This document shows, piece after piece, positions 42,492 to 51,804 of a DNA stretch of 53,648 bases. The DNA is from an uncultured Rickettsiales bacterium (GTDB taxonomy: Bacteria > Pseudomonadota > Alphaproteobacteria > Rs-D84), in contig CAMWQN010000004.1 of the NCBI GenBank assembly GCA_947176385.1, positions 1 through 53,648 of the forward strand, read 5' to 3'. Under the pieces are notes generated by a model. That model searched no databases. It had not been told where the DNA came from and saw only the letters and a list, made by a program, of their open reading frames with translations. Position numbers and translations under genes: made by a program. How positions within the stretch are numbered: position 1 is the stretch's first letter; every line of letters starts with the position of its first letter.

Positions 42492-43388
42492 ATGAATATA
42501 TCGCGAACATGGGCATTGACCAAAATAGTTGTTCAATCACATATTCTGAATTGGTTTTGGCGACCACGTGCAGTGCGCAGCGCAGTGCGGTGTGATGTTC
42601 TGTCACGCGTTGCCCCCCAGTACTTTAAACGCTATCTGCCAGCCGCCGCGGCAGTTGTCGAGACGCCGGTCGTCAAAGATGATGAAAATGAAAAAATTTA
42701 CACCATCTGGCAACAAGGGGAAGAAAACGCACCTGAAATTGTAAAGGCTTGTTTCCGCAGTATCCGTAAACATTGCAAGCAGGAACTGGTTGTCTTGGAT
42801 GACAGCAATCTGTTTGATTATATATCATTGCCCCAGGTTATTATTGATAAATATCGTGCAGGCAAAATTCGTCGGGCGCACTTTGCCGATATTTGCCGTG
42901 TGGAATTGTTATATGAACATGGTGGATATTGGTTCGATTCAACGGACTTTGCGACTGCGCCAATCCCACAATGGGTGACGGATTTAGATTTCTTTGTATT
43001 TATGGTGGGTAATGTCGGACAACGTTATTCGTATATGCAAAACTGCTTTATCCGCGCGCGTCGTGGGGCGTATCTGTTGGCGGCATGGCGTGCGATGATA
43101 CTGGAATACTGGAAAAATGAAAATTCATGCTTTGATTATTTTATGCACCAGTTGTTGTTCAAGACTTTGGTTGAAAATGACCCGCGTGCTAAAAAGTACT
43201 TTGCTGAAATGCCACACATTGACCAGGACCCAACGCATAGTGTCTGGCATGTTTATAAACATCAGAAATTTGATAAAGATTTGTATAAAAAATTAACCAA
43301 GGATGCGTTCTTTCAAAAATGCGCCTATGCCGATAAACCATTGCCTGGCACGTTTGCTGGGGAAATGTCCAAGATGTACAAGGATTGA
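42492..43388 (+). CDS. Capsular-polysaccharide-synthesis-family / GT32-like glycosyltransferase
   Basis: IWQQGEENAPEIVKACFRSIRKHC and RRAHFADICRVELLYEHGGYWFDSTDF resemble Caps_synth/OCH1-type sugar transferases. Confidence 0.5.
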   Translation: MNISRTWALTKIVVQSHILNWFWRPRAVRSAVRCDVLSRVAPQYFKRYLPAAAAVVETPVVKDDENEKIYTIWQQGEENAPEIVKACFRSIRKHCKQELVVLDDSNLFDYISLPQVIIDKYRAGKIRRAHFADICRVELLYEHGGYWFDSTDFATAPIPQWVTDLDFFVFMVGNVGQRYSYMQNCFIRARRGAYLLAAWRAMILEYWKNENSCFDYFMHQLLFKTLVENDPRAKKYFAEMPHIDQDPTHSVWHVYKHQKFDKDLYKKLTKDAFFQKCAYADKPLPGTFAGEMSKMYKD

Positions 43389-43394
43389 TTTAAT

Positions 43395-44423
43395 ATGCCA
43401 GCAATATCGATAATAATACCTGTATATAATGTTGAAAAATATTTGCGCCGCTGTCTGGACAGTGTGTTAAACCAGACATTCACAGACTGGCAGGCGATTT
43501 GTGTAAATGACGGCAGTCCTGATGGGTCTGCCGCGATTTTATCAGAATATGCTGCACGTGACAGCCGCTTTGTTGTGGTTACCAAAGAAAACGGTGGTCT
43601 GTCTGATGCGCGTAATGCTGGGTTCCCATATGCGACAGGCGATTACATTATGTATCTGGACAGTGATGATTTTATTCATCCCCAAACAATGGAAATTGCA
43701 TATTCTTTGGCGCAGCGTGATGGGTCGGATATTGTGTCATTTACATATGACAGAATTTATCGTCCACAATTGATGGTGCGCCATGTATTAAAAATGGATA
43801 CTGATAATGTTATTCCACGTCGTATAAATAAAAAGTATAACGTGGCGCGTATTAAGACATTGGTTACCGATGATGTTTACCAATATGCAACAGAACGCAC
43901 GCATAACGCGCCAAGCAAAAAAAAGAAATGGCTGATTAAGCATTGCCAGGTATGGAAAAACATGTATCGTCGTGAATTGATTGCAGACATTCCGTTTATC
44001 AAGGGAATATTGTTTGAAGACTTCCCATGGTGGAGTGCCGTTATGTTAAAAAATCCACGTGTGACGATTGCACCACTGCCGTTGTATTTTTATATTCCGA
44101 ACTTTGGTGGCATTGTTCTGGGTGCAAAACAGTTGCGTATTATGCAAAGTCTGTGCATAGGCGTACGCACGGCATACACGCTGTATAAAGAAAGTGCCTC
44201 AGAATACCAAATGATGATGTGGTCTAAAAATTTCCGGTGGTATTTTATTAACTGGGCATTTCGTAAAATTAAATATCTGGATAATGATGCGGATTTGGAA
44301 AGCGCACGTGAATGTTTTCGTGATTTAAAGCGTGTTGGGGCATTGGACGGGGCAGATTCAAAATTCGCACATGATTTGCGCTTGAAAATATTGGCATTTA
44401 TTGATGGAACAAAAGCAAAATAA
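43395..44423 (+). CDS. Glycosyltransferase family 2
   Basis: ISIIIPVYNVEKYLRRCLDSVLNQTFTDWQAICVNDGSPDGS...GGLSDARNAG...YLDSDD. Confidence 0.85.
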   Translation: MPAISIIIPVYNVEKYLRRCLDSVLNQTFTDWQAICVNDGSPDGSAAILSEYAARDSRFVVVTKENGGLSDARNAGFPYATGDYIMYLDSDDFIHPQTMEIAYSLAQRDGSDIVSFTYDRIYRPQLMVRHVLKMDTDNVIPRRINKKYNVARIKTLVTDDVYQYATERTHNAPSKKKKWLIKHCQVWKNMYRRELIADIPFIKGILFEDFPWWSAVMLKNPRVTIAPLPLYFYIPNFGGIVLGAKQLRIMQSLCIGVRTAYTLYKESASEYQMMMWSKNFRWYFINWAFRKIKYLDNDADLESARECFRDLKRVGALDGADSKFAHDLRLKILAFIDGTKAK

Positions 44424-45568
44424 TGAAAAAGTTCAAGGTCGCATTTTGTTTGCGTGATATGCAGGTCGGCGGGGTAGAGGCTGTATTTGTTAAAATGATG
44501 GATGCACTTCTAGATCAGGATAAATATGAAATCGTTCTGATTACTTATGTCGATTTGCAAGAACCTGTTTATTTGGATTGGTTGCGTAACCATCCACAGA
44601 TAAAGCGTATTACGTTATACCCATCACGGTGGTTTGGAACGCGTTTGGCACATTTCTTTTTGTTGCGATTGATTCAGCGCCTTGTGCGGGATGTTTATCG
44701 TTGGTGGCGTCGGATGCGAATAAATGACAGCACGTTTGCTGATATTGATTTGTTTGTTGATTTTTATGATTTCGGGTTTGAACGCGAATTTCGTAAATTG
44801 CATAAACCTAAAATTGCGTGGTGGCATTCATCAATCAATAAATTTCATAATGGAAATTATATTGCACGGACAAATGTGTATGACAGGTTGGTTATGCTGA
44901 CCGATGGGGCTGCAAATGAACTGCGTATGCGATATCCTGCGATTGGGGACAAGGTTTTGCGTATTTATAATCCGGTTGATGTTGATGATATCCGTCGTCG
45001 GTCTGTAATGGCGCCAACACCGATTGATGGGGACTATTTCTGTGCGGTGGCAAGATTGTCGTTGGACAAAGATATCGTTACAATTCTGCGTGCTTTTGAT
45101 ATGTTTTGGAATCAGGCAGGGCGACCTGATGTAAAAATGGTTTTTGTTGGGGATGGTGACAGGGCAGATGAATTTAAGTCTGTCGCGGCATCGTTATCTG
45201 CGTGTGGTCAATTTGTATTTGTTGGCATACAATCAAATCCATTTATATACATGCATGGCGCGTTGGCGCATGTATTGTCCAGTCACAGCGAAGGGCTGGG
45301 GATGGTTGTTATAGAGGCTTTAGCCGCAGGATGCACAAATATTGCATCTGATTGTAAAAACGGACCGCGTGAAATATTATTAGATGGCAAGATTGGATTG
45401 TTGTATAAACCGGGCAATGTTTCTGAGTTGGCGTCGTTAATGTCAGATGTTTGGACGCGTCGGGACATGGGATGGAAATCCGCTGATATAAAACGCAGTT
45501 TGGCACGATTTGATGCTGATAATATCGCCTGTGATATTTCGCGTTTGTTTGATGATGTGATGAAATAA
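44423..45568 (+). CDS. Glycosyltransferase family 4 (GT-B)
   Basis: SHSEGLGMVVIEALAAGCTNIASDCKNGPREILLDGKIGLLYKPGN (E-x7-E region). The start overlaps the upstream stop. Confidence 0.8.
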   Translation: MKKFKVAFCLRDMQVGGVEAVFVKMMDALLDQDKYEIVLITYVDLQEPVYLDWLRNHPQIKRITLYPSRWFGTRLAHFFLLRLIQRLVRDVYRWWRRMRINDSTFADIDLFVDFYDFGFEREFRKLHKPKIAWWHSSINKFHNGNYIARTNVYDRLVMLTDGAANELRMRYPAIGDKVLRIYNPVDVDDIRRRSVMAPTPIDGDYFCAVARLSLDKDIVTILRAFDMFWNQAGRPDVKMVFVGDGDRADEFKSVAASLSACGQFVFVGIQSNPFIYMHGALAHVLSSHSEGLGMVVIEALAAGCTNIASDCKNGPREILLDGKIGLLYKPGNVSELASLMSDVWTRRDMGWKSADIKRSLARFDADNIACDISRLFDDVMK

Positions 45569-45570
45569 TA

Positions 45571-45603
45571 AAAGGGCGCTGATGCTAGCGCCCGTTGTTT
45601 TTT
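45571..45603. terminator. Bidirectional terminator between convergent glycosyltransferase genes
   Basis: GGGCGCT-GATGCT-AGCGCCC followed by GTTGTTTTTT. Confidence 0.75.
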
Positions 45604-46432
45604 AAATTCCTGTTTCTTGAAAGCGTTTTGGTATTGTCGTTACCCATTTTAATCCCAGCATTGCAGGTTTGTTCCAATCATATATTGGTCGCAAAATTGT
45701 TTGCATTATGCGGGCAAGGGGGCGCGACATATTTTTATTGCGCGCGCGGGTAATAATTGTAATTGTGCGTGCACGTTTTTGTAAATGCTTTTCCCAGGAT
45801 GCGGTGCGGTCGCCCAATTTGTTTTTTATCATATCCATATCAACTGAACCAAAATGTAGCAGATACAGATTTTTATCAATATGGAAATTGTGTCCTTTGA
45901 CGCTGTGAAAACCGCTGCCCCATGTGGCAGGGCGGAATAATACCACAGGCTTGGTATATCGTGTGGACATCAGTGCATATTTGCGTTGGGATAAAAATGG
46001 TTTATCCATATCCAGGGCGGTTTCAGAATTTAAATCCTGACCTACATCCAGTCCCAGTCCCGACAAGGTTGTTTTAACTTTTTTGCTGGCAAGATATTCG
46101 GCAAGCGTCATATTTAAATCCGGGTCAACAACCAAGAATTCATCACAATCGCAACCGATTACAATATCATATCCATCATCAAATAATTTTTTTGCCAGGT
46201 CTGACAATAACAATATGCGTGTTTTATCGCCACGTTGGCGGGCTTCATCCTTGTGTGGTAATTTTGTTATGTGTGCGCGTCCGGAACCTGACGGTGTTTT
46301 TTGGTCCAGACCATCCAGGTATATATACAAATTTTCATCGCCAATTTGTTCGCCGTAATATTTAATCCAACGATTTAAAAAGAATTCATCGTTTCGCGCC
46401 ATTGTGATTGCGGCGATGCGTTTTGTGGTCAT
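45602..46432 (-). CDS. Glycosyltransferase family 2-like protein
   Basis: RIAAITMARNDEFFLNRWIKYYGEQIG..LYIYLDG and GCDCDEF. I chose the start at MTTKR (46432), which forms an ATGA overlap with the upstream stop. Confidence 0.5.
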   Translation of the reverse strand: MTTKRIAAITMARNDEFFLNRWIKYYGEQIGDENLYIYLDGLDQKTPSGSGRAHITKLPHKDEARQRGDKTRILLLSDLAKKLFDDGYDIVIGCDCDEFLVVDPDLNMTLAEYLASKKVKTTLSGLGLDVGQDLNSETALDMDKPFLSQRKYALMSTRYTKPVVLFRPATWGSGFHSVKGHNFHIDKNLYLLHFGSVDMDMIKNKLGDRTASWEKHLQKRARTITIITRARNKNMSRPLARIMQTILRPIYDWNKPAMLGLKWVTTIPKRFQETGI

Positions 46433-47274
46433 ATTTCCCTCTTTATTATCTTTGGGATTGCGTATGTTATACCGCGCCACATCAGACGCAATGGATTGCG
46501 GGTCATCAATTTTGATATATATTCTGTGCCCCATGTGTCGCAGGCACCATTCATAATCGCGTCGCGGGCTGCTTTGTCACAGTGGCGCATTACATAATGT
46601 AACTGTCCGCCCAGGCAACCATTGTGACGGGTAAATGCAACCTTTTTTATAAATGGTACGCCGATTTTAAACATGTGTTTTACACGATTATAAACACTGC
46701 GTCCTGGCATGTTATACAGGCACCGCCAGTTAAACCCATGTTTTGTAATCAGGTTGCTTAATCCATGTTCATACAGAATTGTGACCGACCCCTTGTCCGG
46801 GACGTGTTTTACGGACAGCATAAATTCATCAAACCAGGGGGCTGTGAATATTTTTTTGCGCAGACCCACAAACCATGACTGAATATGCGGATGCGCGTGG
46901 TGCAGATTACCAACCAAACCAAATGCTGGGGTATCAATTGATTCCATCTGGTCGAATGTAGGCGTCAGGTCCATCAATGGTCCAAACACAGAATCATTTA
47001 CCAGATACATTATGTCGTATTTTTTTATATCCAGATTATCCCGTGCCCAAATATATGCACGCTTGTATGAACCGAAATCATATTCGCGATGTCGAGATGC
47101 GCCGGCGTATAGTGTGTATGGTGCCAGTTTTTTTAATTCGGATTTTGGCGCATCGCAATCCATATACAGCACAACATCGCCCAATTCGGACAGGGCACGC
47201 ACATAATACGTTAACGCTGCGTCAACGCGGTTGGTTGCACTGTATCCAGCAAATATAAACAGTCTTTTAGTCAT
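46429..47274 (-). CDS. Rhamnan-synthesis-protein-F (RgpF)-like polysaccharide biosynthesis protein
   Basis: LFIFAGYS....VDAALTYYVRAL, YDFGSYKRAYIW, YLVNDSVFGPL. Confidence 0.55.
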   Translation of the reverse strand: MTKRLFIFAGYSATNRVDAALTYYVRALSELGDVVLYMDCDAPKSELKKLAPYTLYAGASRHREYDFGSYKRAYIWARDNLDIKKYDIMYLVNDSVFGPLMDLTPTFDQMESIDTPAFGLVGNLHHAHPHIQSWFVGLRKKIFTAPWFDEFMLSVKHVPDKGSVTILYEHGLSNLITKHGFNWRCLYNMPGRSVYNRVKHMFKIGVPFIKKVAFTRHNGCLGGQLHYVMRHCDKAARDAIMNGACDTWGTEYISKLMTRNPLRLMWRGITYAIPKIIKREI

Positions 47275-47338
47275 AGCATTTTTTTCTTTTTATAATTATA
47301 ATACGCATCAGGTATTATTTTCAACAAAGGAATATAAA

Positions 47339-48544
47339 ATGTATGCGCCCCAGGTGTATTCTGATAAATCATATTCGCGTTGGTTTCGCAGACGTGTTGC
47401 GTCCCAGCGTATATTGCCGGAATCATTGGATGTTGTAAGTAACGCTGTTATGGTAAACCAGGGACGGTTTGGGTATGGTGTATATGACGCAGCAGGGCGA
47501 TTGGTTCAAAATTCACGTCAGATTCGTGGTCGTGATAATCAAATTGTGCACGCACACATGGATTTTCCGGCGGACACACCATACATTGATGCGGATGTAA
47601 TGTATTTAGGCAATGTTTATCCACAATTTGGGCACTTTATGTTGGAACATATGAACCGCGCATGGGGGCTTTTGCGCCCGGAATGCGCGGGGCGCAAGGT
47701 TGTATTGATAAATGATAAGCATATAAATCCCGTACCTGAATACATGTATAAATTTATTGAATTGATGGGTGTGCCGCGGTCAGATATTATCATATTAAAT
47801 GAAACAACACGTTTTCGCAGTGTTGCGGTTCCCAGCCAATCATTTGAAATTGACCAGTGGGCGAACGCGGTATTTTCATCGGCATTTGAACATATTGCAG
47901 AAAACGTCAAAGACGGTTCAAAGTACGAAAAAATTTATATGTCGCGTGATGCGCTGGGGGAGCGTCGCACATATGGCGAGGCAGCCGTTCAACGTATCTT
48001 TGAAAAGAATGGGTTTAAAATTATACGTCCTGAAACATTGTCATTAGACAAGCAAATTGCATTGATGAAAAATTGCAAAGTACTGGCAGGGTGTGCAGGT
48101 ACCGCATTGCACATGGCTGTATTTATGCCCCGTTTTGGCACCGTTATTCAAATAAAGCGTAATCGCGTAGATAAAGACAGTGGACCGACCCAAGAACTGA
48201 TTCATCGGTTAAAGGATATTCATGGGATATTTATTTCCGGTTCAATTGAATCAGAAAAAACTGACCATAGCACAGTTGCACCCCAGGTAATCGGTGTGAC
48301 AAAATATATGCGTCAATTTTTCGACGATAACGGATTTTCGTATGACGCGTCGGATTTAATCCCCGACAGCGGCGAATTGGCAGAATACGCCGCCGCGCGC
48401 CGCGCGTACCGCGCGCGGTTCGGCAGTGTGCGTTTTAATAAATTCAAGCATATGATGATAAAACTGTCTGCATGCACGATTCCGGGGCGTGAACGCCGTG
48501 GTCGTTATCGTGCATACATGAACAAATTATTAAAGGTCAGTTAG
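47339..48544 (+). CDS. Glycosyltransferase family 61 / DUF563 protein
   Basis: QFGHFMLEHMNRAW, IYMSRDALGERR, LAGCAGTALHMAVFM. I chose the start at ATG 47339. Confidence 0.6.
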   Translation: MYAPQVYSDKSYSRWFRRRVASQRILPESLDVVSNAVMVNQGRFGYGVYDAAGRLVQNSRQIRGRDNQIVHAHMDFPADTPYIDADVMYLGNVYPQFGHFMLEHMNRAWGLLRPECAGRKVVLINDKHINPVPEYMYKFIELMGVPRSDIIILNETTRFRSVAVPSQSFEIDQWANAVFSSAFEHIAENVKDGSKYEKIYMSRDALGERRTYGEAAVQRIFEKNGFKIIRPETLSLDKQIALMKNCKVLAGCAGTALHMAVFMPRFGTVIQIKRNRVDKDSGPTQELIHRLKDIHGIFISGSIESEKTDHSTVAPQVIGVTKYMRQFFDDNGFSYDASDLIPDSGELAEYAAARRAYRARFGSVRFNKFKHMMIKLSACTIPGRERRGRYRAYMNKLLKVS

Positions 48545-50373
48545 TCGCCTGTGCCACGACGCATTTTCTTGCGCAGGTTGCTGTCCAGTTCCTTTTTGCG
48601 CAGACGGATTGTGGCAGGTGTAACTTCTACCAATTCATCATCCAAGATGTATGACAATGCTTCTTCCAGTGACATACGGCGTGGTGGTGCCAGGAACAAT
48701 TTTTCATCAGCGGTAACAGAACGCATATTGGTTAATTCTTTACCCTTGACCGGATTTACTTCCAAGTCATTTTCTTTGCTGTGTTCGCCAATAATCATAC
48801 CAGAATAAACTTCGGTCTGAGGTCCGACGAACAATGTACCGCGTGGTTGCAGGTTAAAGAGGGCGTATGTTGCGGTGGCGCCTTTCTCCATCGAAACCAA
48901 TACACCTGGGCGATATTGCTGTATCGGACCACGATATACATCATATTTATCAAATACGCGATTCATAATACCAGTACCACGTGTGTCGGTACGGAATTCA
49001 GACAGATATCCAATCAGACCGCGTGATGGGGCTGAAAATACAATACGTGTCTTGCCAGCGCCAGATGCTTTCATTTCTGTAATGGTTGCCTTGCGCTTGG
49101 TCATTTTTTCGATAACCACACCGCTGAATTCGTCATCGACGTCGATAACGACTTCTTCGATTGGTTCCATTCTTTCGCCGTTTTCATTTTCGTGTGTAAC
49201 AACGCGTGGACGGCTGACGCTTAATTCAAAGCCTTCGCGGCGCATCGTTTCAATCAAAATTCCCAATTGCAATTCGCCACGACCGGATACTTCGAATGCT
49301 TCGTTATTTTCGCTTTGCGAAACGCGCAGGGCGATGTTTGTTTCTGCTTCTTTGAACAGACGTTCGCCAATCATACGTGATGTCAATTTTTTACCGGATT
49401 TACCAGCCAATGGCGACGTGTTTACAAAGAATGTCATTGTTAGCGTTGGTGGGTCAATTGGCATTGCAGGAATTGGGTCGGAAACCGATATGTCACACAA
49501 TGTGTCTGCCACGGTTGCCTTGGAAAATCCGGCAATAACCACGATGTCACCGGCAGATGCGCTGTCACGTGAAACTTTTTCAACACCGCGATGTTCAATG
49601 ATTTTTGTAATCTTGGCATTTTCAATAAATTCGCCTTGCATGTTAATCGCCTTGACGGATTGGCCAACGCGTACAGTACCGGATTCAATTTTACCTGTCA
49701 GTATTCGACCGACGTACGGATCTGCTTCCAACGTTGTTGCCAGCATGCGGAATGGTGCATCTAATTGGCAACGTGTGCCATTGCAATCTGGGGCAGGTAC
49801 ATGATCAACAATCAACTGGAACAGTGGCGTTAAATCTTTGTGTTCGTCATTCATATCACGAACAGCCCAACCATCACGACCAACAGCATACAGGTATGGG
49901 AAATCCAATTGTGAATCTGTTGCGCCCAGTTTATCAAACAGGTCAAATGTTTCACTTAATACTTCGTCTGGACGGGCATCGCTGCGGTCAACTTTGTTAA
50001 TACATACGATTGGGCGCAGTCCCAGTTTTAATGCTTTGGATAATACAAATTTTGTTTGTGGCAGTGGACCTTCGGCACTGTCAACCAGCAATACCACACC
50101 ATCAACCATTGATAAAATACGTTCAACTTCGCCACCAAAGTCCGCGTGCCCCGGGGTGTCAACGATGTTGATTTTATAGTCATTCCATAAAATAGATGTT
50201 GGTTTCGCTGAAATTGTAATTCCACGTTCGCGTTCAATGTCACCACTGTCCATGACGCGGTCTTCGACCTTTTCATTGGCGCGGAATGTTCCCGCCTGTT
50301 TCAGCATGTTGTCAACCAGTGTAGTCTTACCATGGTCAACGTGTGCAATGATTGCGATGTTGCGAATTTTCAT
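48541..50373 (-). CDS. typA: Translational GTPase TypA/BipA
   Basis: IRNIAIIAHVDHGKTTLVDNML, DTPGHADFGGEVER, NKVDR; 610 aa. Confidence 0.95.
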   Translation of the reverse strand: MKIRNIAIIAHVDHGKTTLVDNMLKQAGTFRANEKVEDRVMDSGDIERERGITISAKPTSILWNDYKINIVDTPGHADFGGEVERILSMVDGVVLLVDSAEGPLPQTKFVLSKALKLGLRPIVCINKVDRSDARPDEVLSETFDLFDKLGATDSQLDFPYLYAVGRDGWAVRDMNDEHKDLTPLFQLIVDHVPAPDCNGTRCQLDAPFRMLATTLEADPYVGRILTGKIESGTVRVGQSVKAINMQGEFIENAKITKIIEHRGVEKVSRDSASAGDIVVIAGFSKATVADTLCDISVSDPIPAMPIDPPTLTMTFFVNTSPLAGKSGKKLTSRMIGERLFKEAETNIALRVSQSENNEAFEVSGRGELQLGILIETMRREGFELSVSRPRVVTHENENGERMEPIEEVVIDVDDEFSGVVIEKMTKRKATITEMKASGAGKTRIVFSAPSRGLIGYLSEFRTDTRGTGIMNRVFDKYDVYRGPIQQYRPGVLVSMEKGATATYALFNLQPRGTLFVGPQTEVYSGMIIGEHSKENDLEVNPVKGKELTNMRSVTADEKLFLAPPRRMSLEEALSYILDDELVEVTPATIRLRKKELDSNLRKKMRRGTGD

Positions 50374-50501
50374 TTGCGTACCTTATTGCTGTGTTTAGAA
50401 TTTTATTTTTTATAACAGGTACAGATTATACTAAATTTTTCAATTTTCAACAATATTACAATAATTTTATGATACAATGTATCTGAATAAAAGGGGACGA
50501 G

Positions 50502-50912
50502 ATGAAGAAAATATGTTTTTGTTTGATTGCATATGCTGGGATTATGGCATCTGCACATGCGTTGAATACGACTGCGGATATGTTGCGTACATGCGAAGGC
50601 GTATCAATTGGTACCACAAATAATTACATTTTAAAGTGCACACCAACAGACAAGATTAAAAATCTGATGACAGATGAACACAATATGCGTCAATTCTTTG
50701 TCGCGGATAACGGGGGCGATGTTCGTGGGACATTTTTGTCACAAATCCCTGATAATGCAGACTATATTTATGTAAATGTTGCGTCAAATTTGCCGGATCC
50801 GCGCTATGAAAACCAGACTTGCTATCGATTTATCACAGAAATTGACGCGTCACGCGATGGTTTCTATGCGGTCGAAGTCTGTGAATACGAACGTCCAGAT
50901 TATTATTTATAA
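50502..50912 (+). CDS. Hypothetical secreted protein
   Basis: Signal peptide MKKICFCLIAYAGIMASAHA; four further Cys residues; AAGGGGA RBS. Confidence 0.55.
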   Translation: MKKICFCLIAYAGIMASAHALNTTADMLRTCEGVSIGTTNNYILKCTPTDKIKNLMTDEHNMRQFFVADNGGDVRGTFLSQIPDNADYIYVNVASNLPDPRYENQTCYRFITEIDASRDGFYAVEVCEYERPDYYL

Positions 50913-50974
50913 TGTTGACATGTTTAAATTTTTGTCTATAATGTACTGTGTATAGAAATAAAAGGATTACAGTT

Positions 50975-51295
50975 ATGATGGATTATAGCAAAGTGATTAC
51001 ATTATGGCGTGGCAGTGTTGAACAGTATTGCATGGTGCATAACATTCCAAATATGGATTTGAAAAATCTGCGTCAGGGTGATGTATATAACTATGATTTG
51101 TATACTGCATATAAAAATGTTGAAAATGCGATTGCGGCATATACCAAGACACCATCGTCACCATTGTATGCCAAAGAATTGCTGGATTGTATCCAGAAAT
51201 GGTACATTTTGACATCTACCAGTAAAAAGGAAAAGATGTCAATGCGCATCATGCCCAAGATTGCCTTGGCGCGCATGATTGATCGTGTAAAATAA
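50975..51295 (+). CDS. Hypothetical protein
   Basis: ATG 50975 after AAAAGGA. No recognisable motifs. Confidence 0.45.
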   Translation: MMDYSKVITLWRGSVEQYCMVHNIPNMDLKNLRQGDVYNYDLYTAYKNVENAIAAYTKTPSSPLYAKELLDCIQKWYILTSTSKKEKMSMRIMPKIALARMIDRVK

Positions 51296-51311
51296 AATTA
51301 GCGAGGTCAAT

Positions 51312-51761
51312 ATGGTTGATGTCGATTATGTCCAGACAATAGACAAATTTTTTACAGAGGTTGAAACATATTTGACCCAGCGCATGGAACACGCCAAAGA
51401 TAGGGCAGAAGCTGTTAAAATTCAAAAAACCAGATTTGCCTGGGGGATGATAAAGGCAGTGCCACGAAAATATATCAATGAAAAATTTGAAGATATAAAT
51501 ATGTTGCCGTCTGACGGTTTTATGCGTGGTGATGATAATGCATTGTATAGGGCGGTTTGTGATGTTTTGAATGCGATACGTAATTTGTATCGTGACAGTC
51601 AGCATGGCTGGATACATATGACAGAACAACATCATAGTGAATTTTTGAATGCATATAAACGTTGGAAATATCAGTCTTCGACCAGTGTCTTTAAAGATTT
51701 TGTATTTCCATTTCGGGCGCCTGTATCATTTGCGGTTCAATCAAAGAAAAAGACAAAATAA
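51312..51761 (+). CDS. Hypothetical protein
   Basis: Starts 16 nt after the previous stop and is followed by a terminator. No recognisable motifs. Confidence 0.45.
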   Translation: MVDVDYVQTIDKFFTEVETYLTQRMEHAKDRAEAVKIQKTRFAWGMIKAVPRKYINEKFEDINMLPSDGFMRGDDNALYRAVCDVLNAIRNLYRDSQHGWIHMTEQHHSEFLNAYKRWKYQSSTSVFKDFVFPFRAPVSFAVQSKKKTK

Positions 51762-51762
51762 C

Positions 51763-51790
51763 AAAACGGGGCATTTGCCCCGTTTATTTT
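51763..51790. terminator. Bidirectional terminator
   Basis: AAAACGGGGC-ATTT-GCCCCGTTT followed by ATTTT. Confidence 0.8.
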
Positions 51791-51804
51791 ATGTCGTTTT
51801 TTAT

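Noticed and set aside
48875-49804. 309-aa plus-strand ORF
   Set aside because: It is a shadow ORF inside typA, whose minus-strand translation is an unmistakable BipA GTPase. The product is Ser/Arg-rich.
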